NCBI RefSeq assembly: GCF_964355755.1
Contig: NC_092679.1
Coordinates: 20,009,432-20,073,431, forward strand
Reading direction: 5' to 3'
Source of the DNA: Antedon mediterranea
Taxonomy: Eukaryota > Animalia > Echinodermata
DNA length: 64,000 bases
Shown here: in pieces, positions 13,212 to 24,400 of the stretch
Layout: each line of letters starts with the position of its first letter
Position numbering within the stretch: position 1 is the first letter of the stretch
Program-made: the position numbers and the translations under genes
The notes under the pieces: generated by a model
What the model was told of the DNA's origin: nothing
The model's input: the letters and a program-made list of their open reading frames with translations, nothing else
Database searches by the model: none

Positions 13212-13837
13212 AGACCCCTTCCCTGCAATTTTGGACGTTTTTTGGAAAATAATACATATATATCACTTTAAAAACATTAAACCATGTCATTCCTTGTCTT
13301 AAATGTACGTTTTATGGTAAATTATGATAAAAAGTGAGAAACAATGCACTACCTAAGTAGCTCGCGGCGATCGACCTCTCGTGGACGGTCTCAGGCCTAG
13401 CCTAGCTAGGCTTAGTTTTGTAGGCCTAGCTGGTAAACATCGGTAACGTACGAACATCGTACGCTAGCTATATACCTAGCCTGACGTTGTATAGTTGCTG
13501 CATTAATTGTCTTTCTATTTTTGCCAGACTCCGTTGATACAAATTGGGGAAAACCCGGTATTTTCGCTGAAAAGTTAGGAGTCTTCCATTTGTTTTGGCT
13601 TCACGATCGATCGAAAAGTGGGCGAATTACAGGTGAAAAACAACAATATCAATCCGCGCGCAATGCATTTTGGGATTTATAGCGGGCCGCTATAATTATT
13701 AAAATCGATTTATTTTTCACATTTTTAACCGTTTAAAGACGAAAAAAGTTATCGCAATAGGACCATATAGTATTATTTTTACATTAAATATAGTTTGTGA
13801 TCTTAAATTAGATCTAAAAAACGTAGGGAATGGGGCT
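13212..13837 (+). mobile_element. Non-autonomous Kolobok-like DNA transposon, copy 1 (626 bp)
   Basis: TTAA on both flanks, AG...CT termini, imperfect TIR AGACCCCTTCCCTGC / AGCCCCATTCCCTAC. Near-identical inverted copy at 57770-58396. Confidence 0.88.
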
Positions 13838-15285
13838 TTAAGGATAAAAATAGTGGCTCTGTTGGTTCAAACTATTGAGGCCATTGTAGAACATGTTAGT
13901 ACAGTACAGAAGTATTATGAGTTATTGAAGCCAAGGGAAATGGAATTTGAAAGAATGGAAATTGCTGGAGGGGGGATTCACCCAACAGTGGCTGAACATA
14001 GACCGGATGATGTTGAGCTTGATGATGATCTGACGATGATGATGATCTGATAATGATGATGATGATCATCATCAGATGATGATGATGATAGGCTGATTCA
14101 GGAGCTAGTACTTCTTTTAAAGGTGAAAATTGGAAAAAGGGGCTTCAAGTAAATGCATTCCAGGGGTGGACTATCATACTCCAAGGTTAGCCACATTTCT
14201 TTGTCCTAGTACAAACCAAATTACATAATTTAGTCTCAAAATTGATTTAAGTACTGCTGATTATTTAAGTAGATACAATGGTCATTCAAATGGTTACTTT
14301 GCCAATACCTCTTCACTCGCTTGGACATCCTAGCTTGGAAATCCACGCAAGGAGGTGGTTTCCTAGCTAGACTCTTTATTTACCATTACAATTCTCTAGT
14401 TGTTTCAGGGTTCGTTTAAAGTAAAGCCCGATATATAACATACATATTTAATATTTCGAAAATCTTTATCTCTTTTGATTTCAATGCCCACCTCCCTGTC
14501 ATCTACCTGTGAATCCTTGGATAAGAATTCCCCATCAAAACATTACGTGCGACCTCACACAGTTCACAAGATTTCTACGACAAACGACAGACCTGGTAAT
14601 ATGTTAATGTGAACCGCTGGAGATCATACTGGGGATTCACACTATATTTTTGGAGATTCTGTGAGTAGTGGTCTATCCAACACCTGAACCATGTCGCGGT
14701 ACCATCTGCCACAAAGCAGGTGTTTTAATAATATAATTATACCTGCAGAAAAAGAATGCAGCTTAACACTATTGTGTTTCTTCTTTTGTTCAGATTGGGA
14801 GCAAGCCAATAGCAGACTGTGTGTAATAGGTGTATATAAGCGTGACATCAAAAATTACCGATGTTAATCAGAACTAATAGAACGTGCCGGTAGTTTACAG
14901 AAATATTTGTTTGCGGTTGTGAAGTGTTCCTTGATAATCAACAAATTAAATTGTTAAAGAAAAAAGTAAAAACTGTTGGGAATGTTTAATTGATACAATT
15001 GATAAAAAAAATAACCAAGATAAATTGATTGGAAAATGGAAACTTAGCAAAGCATTCAGTTCAATACAGAGTGAAGAAATGGTAGATAGAGGAAAAAAAT
15101 AGTAGGAAGGGAAAAGGAAAGAAAGTGAGAAAACGAAGAATTGAAATAATATACACAATGCATAGATTTTGATGGATGACACATTTTGTGGTAGTGTAAC
15201 CATCTCGGGAACCATCTATATTTACAGTTTATAACTCCTGCTATATTAAGAGATACTTTCCATGAAACACCAGGAGGCAAAACTA

Positions 15286-15600
15286 CAGTCAATCCCTATT
15301 CAGGGGACATCCTTATTCTGGGAAGGGACACCTCTATTCTGGGGACACCTCAATTCAGGGGACACCTCTATTCAAGGGACACCCTTATTCTGGGGGATAC
15401 CCTTATTCTGGGGATACCTCTATTCTGGGGACAACTCTATTCAGGGGACACCTCTACTCAGGGGACACCCTTATTCTGGGAACACTGTTATTCTGGGGGA
15501 CACCTTTATTCTTGGGACAACTCTATTCAGGGGACACCCTTATTCTGGGGACACCCTTATTCAAGGGACACCCTTAAAGACACTGTTTTGAATCCCCAGA
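15286..15600 (+). repeat. 17-18-bp minisatellite amplified inside a TA-CAGT-ended (pogo/Tigger-like) MITE
   Basis: About 16 copies of CTATTC(A/T)GGGGACACC(C)T after TACAGTCAATCCC. Confidence 0.85.
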
Positions 15601-16021
15601 TTTTCTTAAACATTTGATACCGCAGTTTATGATACGCTCTTTATAAATCGTAGATCAATTTAGCTGTCAACACCACTACTACACAATCATTATAAGTAGA
15701 GTTGTTTGAACACCAGTATTTCAGATTCTATTGCCATTACCCTAATTTCCGAAGTAGACTTCCTTATTTCTCATATTTCCAGCAGACTATCCACAAACAT
15801 GGTGTCAACAGTCCTTAATAGTTTTAAACATTTGATTAACAACTTAAAGAAACCGAAACTATTGGCCGAGTTCATGCCATGGTTACTATGCCAAAAATCC
15901 AATTTCTTTTTAAAATGTTAGTTTGTCTATTAGAAAAAAAGTATGACTATGGAATGTAGCAGTAGATGTTTGTTGCGGGAAAAAGAAGGCCTAAACATTT
16001 ATCTTAACTAAATCTATCTAA

Positions 16022-16167
16022 AGCCTTGTCTACACTATCAAATTATAAGACAAAAAATGTGATGTATCCATATATGGACATGATGATGTCATATCACTAC
16101 CATATTTAAACATATCCCTATATTTGAGCGCATCACACTTTTTTGTCAAACTAGTATAGAAAGATCT
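16022..16167. mobile_element. MITE-A
   Basis: Family match with a degenerate right TIR. Confidence 0.85.
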
Positions 16168-16398
16168 TTACTGAATATTATTCTGAGCTAATTTCAAAAT
16201 GAGGGTTCAAATTATGCATAATTTTTCAATTACATTGTGATATATGAATCAATATTTAATATACATACAACAATGCTGCATGTTTCAATTTAGCCCTTCA
16301 CCATGGCGATATATATCATCCATGGTATTGTATAGCCTACCATTGTGGAAAGAAGAAGAACCATCTGATGACAGTTAGATATGAAGAGGGACTCTTAA

Positions 16399-16531
16399 AG
16401 CTTTGTCTACACTATAAAACTAGTTTGACCAAAAAAGTGTGATGTGCCTATATATATGGTAGTGATATGACATCATCATGTCTATATATGGGCACATCAC
16501 TGTCACATAAAGTTTGATAGTGTAGACAGAG
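16399..16531. mobile_element. MITE-A
   Basis: Family match, both TIRs, one internal repeat. Confidence 0.88.
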
Positions 16532-17021
16532 TATGGAAGACAAAAATTGTGAAGTAATATCTAGTCCAGAGCTTTAAGATGGTTGTTACTCTAAAGCACA
16601 TTATAAATATACATTACCATATTTGTTCTATTGTACATATTACCTGATGTGAAATCTATTAAACAATATCTAACCAAGATATATAATTCCTTCTAAATAG
16701 AGCATTTGGGAGTGAGAAATTAATTAACCATAGTGTTCAATGTTTTAAATAGTGTTGTCCAGCAGAGGTTTCATTTTAAAGTGTTGTCACAGATGGAACT
16801 TAAATTGGCCTGTTTGTAGTTTGTACATAGTGACGTTTTTACCTGCCTTTAAGTTAAGTATTTGACCTGTTAAAATAATTTAGTTAATCTTCACAAACAT
16901 TGGAATAAAAGGATAAAGAAAATGACGTCAAAGCTTTCTTCAAAAGATTTAATAAAATAACAATAAGTTATAAAATAACAATATTTGTAGATTATTCCTA
17001 CTTGAAATTAAGTCAACTTAA

Positions 17022-17175
17022 AGCTCTGTCTACACTATCAAACTTTATATGACAACATAATGTGATCATGTATGGACATGATGATGTCATGTCACTACCA
17101 TATTTAGGCATATCACTACCATATTTGGGCACACTTTTTTTTGTCAAACTAGTTTGATAGTGTAGACACAGAGAT
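17022..17175. mobile_element. MITE-A
   Basis: Family match, TAA flanks. Confidence 0.88.
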
Positions 17176-17984
17176 TAAGGGAGTAGTGAGCTTTAAAAAC
17201 AAACAGGGATGGGTTTATACCAGAAGATGATGATGAACAAAATAAATTTTAAAATAAATAATAAAATTTAAATAATAAATAAATAAAATAAAAGAAAAAA
17301 AAAACTGGTCCCTTATACTTTTCATTGAATTTTTCTGAATATCATCTTTAGCAAAATTATAATACCTATTTTTCTTAAAGAAAGAAAAAGGAATTTCTAA
17401 ATAAAATGCATGACAGAAGCAAATTCCAAAGTCTACTAGTTACTGGTATAGAATTTCTTGAAGGAAATAGGTTTGTCCCATGTAGAACATTATCCTATTC
17501 TGGTTATTTTTACAGCTAAAATATGTCTATTTATCGAAACTTATGGCACTTTTTTGTGATTTATCTGTCCCATGTAAAAATGACTCATACAATGTGGTAC
17601 AGTTGCCTCATTATCAATGACTAAGATTTTCACTACCAGTGGTAGCCTTTAGTTAACCCCTCCACTTTTGGTAATCAGTGAAGAAGAATAAATTATAAAA
17701 TTGTCTCCTTAAATGAGTCTTTCACCAGATATGTGCTCATCATCAGAGGAAGTCCCGAATAAACAACTTAGTCTGACACGGTTTAAATCAAATTTTCTAG
17801 ATGACTCAATTTTGAAAAAATGTTACTAAGGCCCTGTTCAGACCCATGGCGTTTATTCATCATTGGAATATTCAGCTGTTTGTAATCTTTTGACACTTTT
17901 TAGTGATTTGAAGACTTTTTGGAAACTGGATTATGTGATGGATGGATTTGTTGAATGACTCATGGTTTGTTGAAAACCATGAGA

Positions 17985-18309
17985 TTAGTTGTGTTCACAA
18001 GCTCTATGCTAAGAAAATTGCAGTCTATCGGTGGTTCTGCTTGGTTTAAACGTAAAAACACACCAGATCCGATGCATGTTACATTCCACATATATTACAA
18101 TTGCTACAGAGTTACAATGCTATTTATAGTATACATACGATAGTTGTGTTCACACACGCTATATAAGGAAATTGTGGCATATCGGTGGTTCTGCTTTTTG
18201 TTTTGTGTTCAAAACATTAAAATACACCAGTTAATTATCTGACACGTGTTACATTCCATATATATTACAATTGTTACAGAGTTACAATGCTATTAAATAT
18301 ACATACGAT
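17985..18309. repeat. Tandem duplication (~155-170 bp x2)
   Basis: TAGTTGTGTTCACA...TATCGGTGGTTCTGCTT...TACAGAGTTACAATGCTATT occurs twice. Confidence 0.85.
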
Positions 18310-19339
18310 GTAATTTTCCCAAGAGATTTTAGAAAGTAATTAGACAAGCATTCTATAAGGCGTATATAAGATATGTAACTGGTGTATTATCTTTTCAACT
18401 GTTGACAGATTCTACTAAAATAGAAAAAGTTTGAATTTATATCGATGTTGACGAAATTTGTATATATAAAAAAGTTGACTGAACTGTACACTATACCCAT
18501 AGTAGTACTTATTTAGGTAATTGAAGTAATTTATTTAAATATATTAAAGTAAAGATTTATAGTTGTAACATATATGATTGCTTTATGAAATTATTTTTAT
18601 CATAAGTTTTAATTAATTTTGAGATTTAACATTTTATGTATTTGATGTATATACTGAGCTCTACACTTTTTGAAAGGGCACCTTATATTATTATTATTAA
18701 TAACAACTTTTTTAATTTCTGAAAAGTGCTCAATAAATTGATCCATTATTACTCATCATTTTCCGATGTATGTCAAACGAGAAAAATTAATATTTTATAT
18801 CATCACCAAAAGGTTTTAATATATAAAAAAGGGCTTTGTTCGGATTTAACCTGTCATTTGTTGACACACTTTCCAAAGAAATAGAAAGACTAATAAAAAA
18901 AAGACACTTCCTATCTGCCTACACAATAACTCTTATTAATACACAGTGGCTCTTTTACTATTGTGTAGTTTCTGATAGAAGTAATAATCTTTCAGCTATC
19001 CTAGACCTAGATCAACGAACCCAATCATTCAATAATAATAGCGTTCCTGCGTCATGTCTAATTTACTAGATCATGCTAATGTCCATTGCGGTTTGAAAGA
19101 TAATGACAATCATTGTAAGTAGGGTTCATTTTAAAAAGAAGGATGGTGACAAATGACAAGTGATAACAATAGATAACTTTAGATTCTTCTTAATAATGCA
19201 CTTATTAATAAGAGGGATAATAACAATGATGAATTCATTACACGTTTTGACAATATAATCTTTTCGAAGCTTTTAAAACCAAGGATAACCAACTATTATA
19301 ACACATAGCAGTATTGTTCATACAGTGTTATGGTAGCCT

Positions 19340-19665
19340 ATTACACACACAGGGGAGAAAGTAACTGTCTGAACAGATAGATGGCTTAGTTCAAGCCACC
19401 TACTATTCTACTTAACTATTAATATTATGTATACAGTAGGCCTACACAGGGTAGAAGGTAACTGTCTGAACAAAGTACTGGCTTAGCATAAACCACCTAC
19501 TATCTACTTAACTATCATGTATACAGTATGCCTACACAAAAGAGAAGGTAACTCTCTGAACAAAGTCCTTGCTTAGTTTAAACCATCTACTATTCTACAT
19601 AACTATATAGTAGGCCTATACAGAGGAGAACTGGTTGAACAAGTTTCTGGCTTTGCTTAAACCAA
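19340..19665. repeat. ~90-100-bp tandem repeat, about 3.5 copies
   Basis: Recurring GGTAACTGTCTGAACA...GGCTTAG...CCACCTACTATTCTACTTAACTAT. Confidence 0.88.
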
Positions 19666-20175
19666 CGATGATGCCCGGATACAACTTCAAGAATGAGGAC
19701 AAAGATAAGATTAAGATATGACATCTGAATTTTGATTTTGTTAATAATTTTTACTTTTTACTTAGAGATACGTTGCTTATATATAAACAAAAAACAGTTT
19801 CTTACTAGAGAAGGCATAAGTTTTGATGTGGTTTATGGGTATGTTGGTTAACAGGCCACTACAAAAGAAGGCCGGGCTCAAAATGTTTTTTTGCGGACTG
19901 TTTGAAACTATAGAACGAGGAAGTATTCCACAATTACTTCATTCATCGCCAATAAAAGTAGTTTTTTATTTCACACAATTCTGAATATATATTACTTGCA
20001 GTCAATAGTTCAAATTTATACAATTGATGACACAATTGCTGGTGACCTGCCGCGACTACAACCTACTTTCTTAAAAAATGTTGGGACTCGCCGGGAGGTG
20101 ATGTTAAGTAGAAAGTGGGGAGAGAGTTAGAAGACTGCGTTGATAACGCATCATTAATTTTATTCATTTTCAGTA

Positions 20176-20255
20176 CAGTAGAATCCCTTCTTTGGGATAT
20201 CCCTATTAAGAGCATACCTCTATTAAAGGGACACTTTCCTGTAAAAATGAACAAG
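20176..20255 (+). mobile_element. pogo/Tigger-like MITE left end
   Basis: TA-CAGTAGAATCCC...CTATTAAAGGGACACTTT. Confidence 0.55.
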
Positions 20256-20371
20256 GAGCAATTTACGGTGTTATATCTTAGTATTAGTATGAAATTAATA
20301 AAAATGGGAAGGGAATGTTCTGACATTGTAAATACTGGGTGTAATTCCAAATGATGAAGGGAACTGTGGTA

Positions 20372-20447
20372 ATGGCGCTTTGGTTTGGTGATTAGCATGC
20401 TTGCTTACCAATACAAGTAACCTGTGTTCAAATCCTGACCCTAGTAA
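20372..20447 (+). mobile_element. Old tRNA-derived SINE head
   Basis: TGGTTTGGTGATTAGCATGCTTGCTTACCAA...GTTCAAATCCTGACCCTAGT, similar to 3695-3760, 4975-5030, 13135-13200 and 46645-46710. Confidence 0.5.
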
Positions 20448-21075
20448 ATGTTTACTGGGGTCAGGTTGCAAAATAGTTTAAAAGGCTCTTTCCGCATTTG
20501 TAAGTGAAATTGTTGGATGGTATCGATATAATTGGTTTTAAAAATAGCCATTAATTGTCTGAGGCAAATGTGAAAACAATCAATGAAAATCTGTAACATT
20601 TCTAAGAATTTTAAATAATCTCATTAAATGTTATAATTTAAAGAACACTTAATCCAGAAAGTAAGGCAATAACTCAGGTTTACAGATAATTTAAATGCAT
20701 TTTTACACAACACAACACTTTTTAAATGTTACATCTACAAATACGTGCTTAAGAGAGCATAATATTTACCAAGCAGAAGGCAATACTATTGATATTGATT
20801 CTACTGACGTCATCTCAGAATCCCCTGAGGTAGTATTAACGGCAAAGCAGATTACAGCGCTTAAAAATAATAGAATTTTATTGGTCATGTAGTATAACGT
20901 AATAAGATGATTGCCTGAAGGTTATAAATACATGTTGTTACATGGTTATTAAGATGGGCAGCTCATCATCAATGAGGTTTTTGGTTCAAACCATGAATAT
21001 CTCACTTTGATTGATGGATTTGATTGACTAGTGGTAATGGCACAGCGCGTAGCTTGTCCCACTTAAATATGTATC

Positions 21076-21250
21076 TGTCGTGTATCGTCGTAGACAAATT
21101 AATAAGTACGTTGAGATGAGTATAATAATGAACGTATTTAATGAAACCAACTAGTAGTCATGAACAATAGTATAGAACGTTTTGTAGGCTAAACCTCGTC
21201 AGAGCATATACGCAGTACGCATATATATATGTGCGCGTGCATATACTACA
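21076..21250 (-). repeat. 3' LTR (175 bp)
   Basis: Identical by eye to 25547-25721. Preceded on the minus strand by the PPT. Confidence 0.97.
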
Positions 21251-21263
21251 CTCCTCCTTTCTT
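21251..21263 (-). promoter_or_regulatory. Polypurine tract
   Basis: AAGAAAGGAGGAG abuts the 3' LTR on the minus strand. Confidence 0.92.
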
Positions 21264-21493
21264 ATTTTAACGTTAACATTATATCAATAAGCACAATAAA
21301 CTTTCGTTAATTATTTTGTTAATCAAATAGGTTAATCATCGTGATTAAATTACTGCTTCTATAGTTCCAGATAGTTCTTATTTGGTTCCTCATAATAATT
21401 AACAAATGTGAGTAATTCTCACCATTATAATTTTGTGTAAAAACATGAACAACATAACTTTAACGTTCATAATAATAACATTGTTCACAAGTT

Positions 21494-24400
21494 CTATATC
21501 TCTTCGATAAGTCGTGTTGGCTTCCTTCGAAGTCGCGTGGAGCGTCGTGGAATAACCTCAGGCGATGAAGACAATCTATGTTCCTCTTCAACCGGTTGGT
21601 TGGTGGATGTTTGCTCTTTGTTCGCAATCGTTTCGCTCGCAATCGTTATTGGTACTGTCTGTTTAATCTTGTGTTCCAACTCGCTATGTGAAGTAGGGGT
21701 TTTACTCGCGTAAGCGTCCGCGTCTGTCGCTTTCAACTGGTCAATGTGTCTTTTCCACACTCGGCCATCCTCAACACTAATTACGTATGATTTTGGAGCG
21801 GTACGTTCTATCACGGTACCTGGCCACCACTTTCCCTCTTGTCGGAAATCTTTCACTAATACCATTTCACCTGGGTAAAATTCTCGTAGATCTTTCGTTT
21901 TGTCGTGATGAAGCTTCTGATCACTCTGCTTGTTAAGTACCTTGTTTTCTGTACTGGGATGTAAAAGTGATACTCGCGTTCTCAACTCACGGCCCATGAA
22001 TAACTTCGCTGGCGTTTGTCCCGTAGTTGCGTGTTTTGTTGTGCGATACGATAAAAGAAATCTGTCCAAACATTGTTGGAAATCCTTCCCATTAGCTCGG
22101 CTTGCCGCTAACGATCTTTTGAAAGATTGAACCATTCGTTCTGCTGCTCCGTTGCTTGCGGCGTGATAAGGTGCAACCTTTACATGTTTCACCCCGTTTT
22201 GCTTTAAGAAGAATTCAAATTCGTCGCTAACAAACTGAGGTCCATTATCGCTTACAAGTTGAACAGGCAATCCGTATCTACTGAACAACTCTCTCATCGC
22301 TTTGATGGTCGCTGCACTCGTCGTACTGTTCATCTGAACGACTTCTGGCCATTTCGAATATGAGTCAACCACTACTAGATAATCTCGTTTATCTTTCTGC
22401 GCATAGTCAATATGTATTCGTGTCCAAGGCTGATTTGGCCAGATCCAGGGCATCATTGGTGCTACGCTTGGTCGACTTTGTGTTTGGTGACATGCTTGAC
22501 ATTGCTTCACCAATCGTTCAATGTCGGAATCTATCTGGGGCCACCAGACATGACTTCGCGCAATCTCTTTCATACGCACAATTCCGGGGTGAGCACAATG
22601 AAGCTCCTCCAGAACTGCCCCTCTGAGTTTCGGTGGAATCACTACCCTGTATCCCCACAGCAAACAGTCCTGTTCTACACTCAATTCGTCTCTTCGGTGT
22701 AGGAATGGTTTTAGATCGTCGTCGTTTTCTGACTGCCATAAACCTGTCTGTACCATGTATAACACTTTGCTCAATAGCGGGTCTTTCCTGGTATGCTGTT
22801 GTACGTTCGTACTCGTGACTGGCAAATTGTCTAATGTATGCCCCGCTATGTTATATACTGCATCGTCTTCCCGTCCTTCGTATGGCATTGGGAGACGTGA
22901 GAGTGCGTCGGCAATTACGTTCTGTTTTCCAGGAATGAACTTTAAATCGTATTCGAACGCTGACAGCACGATTGCCCATCGCTGTAATCTCTGTGCGGCC
23001 AGTGTCGGAATAGCTGATTTAGGTCCTAGAATGCGTTCAAGTGGCTTATGATCAGTTCTTATCGTGAATTTCCGTCCGTATAAGTATGTTCTAAACCTTT
23101 GAAGTCCAAACATGATGCTTAGGGCTTCCTTGTCTAGTTGTGCATAACCCTTTTCGTGTTTATGCAGGCTTCGCGATGCGTACGCGATCGGTGTTTTGAT
23201 ATTGTTCTTGTTTACGTGGCAAATGACTGCGCCAACTCCGTATGGTGATGCGTCCGTGTATAGTTCCAGTGGTTTTAATGGGTCATAATGCGTCAACATC
23301 ATGTCTTCGCTAATAATTCGCTTTACCGTGTTAAACGCTTTACTACAGTCGACAGTCCATGACCATGGTTTGCTTCCCAACAGCTCATTCAAAGGATGTA
23401 TCATCGTCGATAATCGTGGAATAAATGACGCGTGATAGTTAACTAGTCCTAGCCAGGATCTTAGTTCTGTTGCATTCTGTGGTGCTCGTGCATCCTTGAT
23501 GGCTTTCACTTTATCGTTTGTCGGTTGAATTCCTGCTGCTGATAGCTTACGTCCCATGTAGACTACTTCCTTTTGTACAAACGCGCATTTCTCCGCTTTC
23601 ACTCTGAGACCATACTTGTTAAATCTCTCAAATAGTTTCTCAAGATTACTAATATGCTCTTTATCAGACGCACCTGTAACAAGAACATCGTCCATGATCG
23701 CACATGTTCCTTTAAGTCCTGCTATCACCTGTTCTATGAATCGCTGCCATATGGCTGGACTGGACGAAATACCAAACGGTAACCTCGTGTATCGATATAA
23801 TCCGCGGTGCGTGTTGATCGTTACCAACTCTTGCGCCTCGTCTTCCAGTACTAACTGCTGGTACGCACATTTCAAATCAATCTTAGAGAATCGCTTTCCA
23901 CCTCCCAACTTGGTGAAAACTTCCTCTGGGGTCGGAATTGGATATTGGTCGCAATTTAAACTCGGGTTGACTGTTACTTTATAATCTCCGCAGACACGTA
24001 CCCTGCCATCGGCCTTTGGAATACATACCAATGGGGTTGCCCACTGACTAAAGTCTACCGGATAAATAACTCCTTCGTTTTGCATTCTGTCTAACTCTAC
24101 CTCAACTGCGGAGCGTAGCGCAAATGGAACATTTCGAGCTTTGCAGAATTTTGGGATTGCGTTCACTTTTAGATGTAATGTCGCTTTGTGTCCCTGAACC
24201 GTACCTAATTCCGTTCGGAAAACTTCTGGGAACTTCCGTTTGAATGACTGACCGACATCGTTATCTATTTCTACCGAATTCTGAGCAAGCGATGGTGGAA
24301 ATAATGACTTCCAGTCCAACTTAATCACTTCTAACCAGGTTCTTCCAAGCAAGGGTGGTGAGTTTCGTCGCTGTGTTCTCACTACTATCAGTGGGAGAAC

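Noticed and set aside
14609-14642. Possible miRNA hairpin with a bantam-like GAGATCAT
   Set aside because: The stem is too short and mismatched, and the rest of the sequence does not match.
15262-15591. 109-aa ORF
   Set aside because: It is a minisatellite translation with no evidence of a real gene.
20825-20846. let-7-like TGAGGTAGTA
   Set aside because: The match stops after 10 nt and there is no precursor hairpin.
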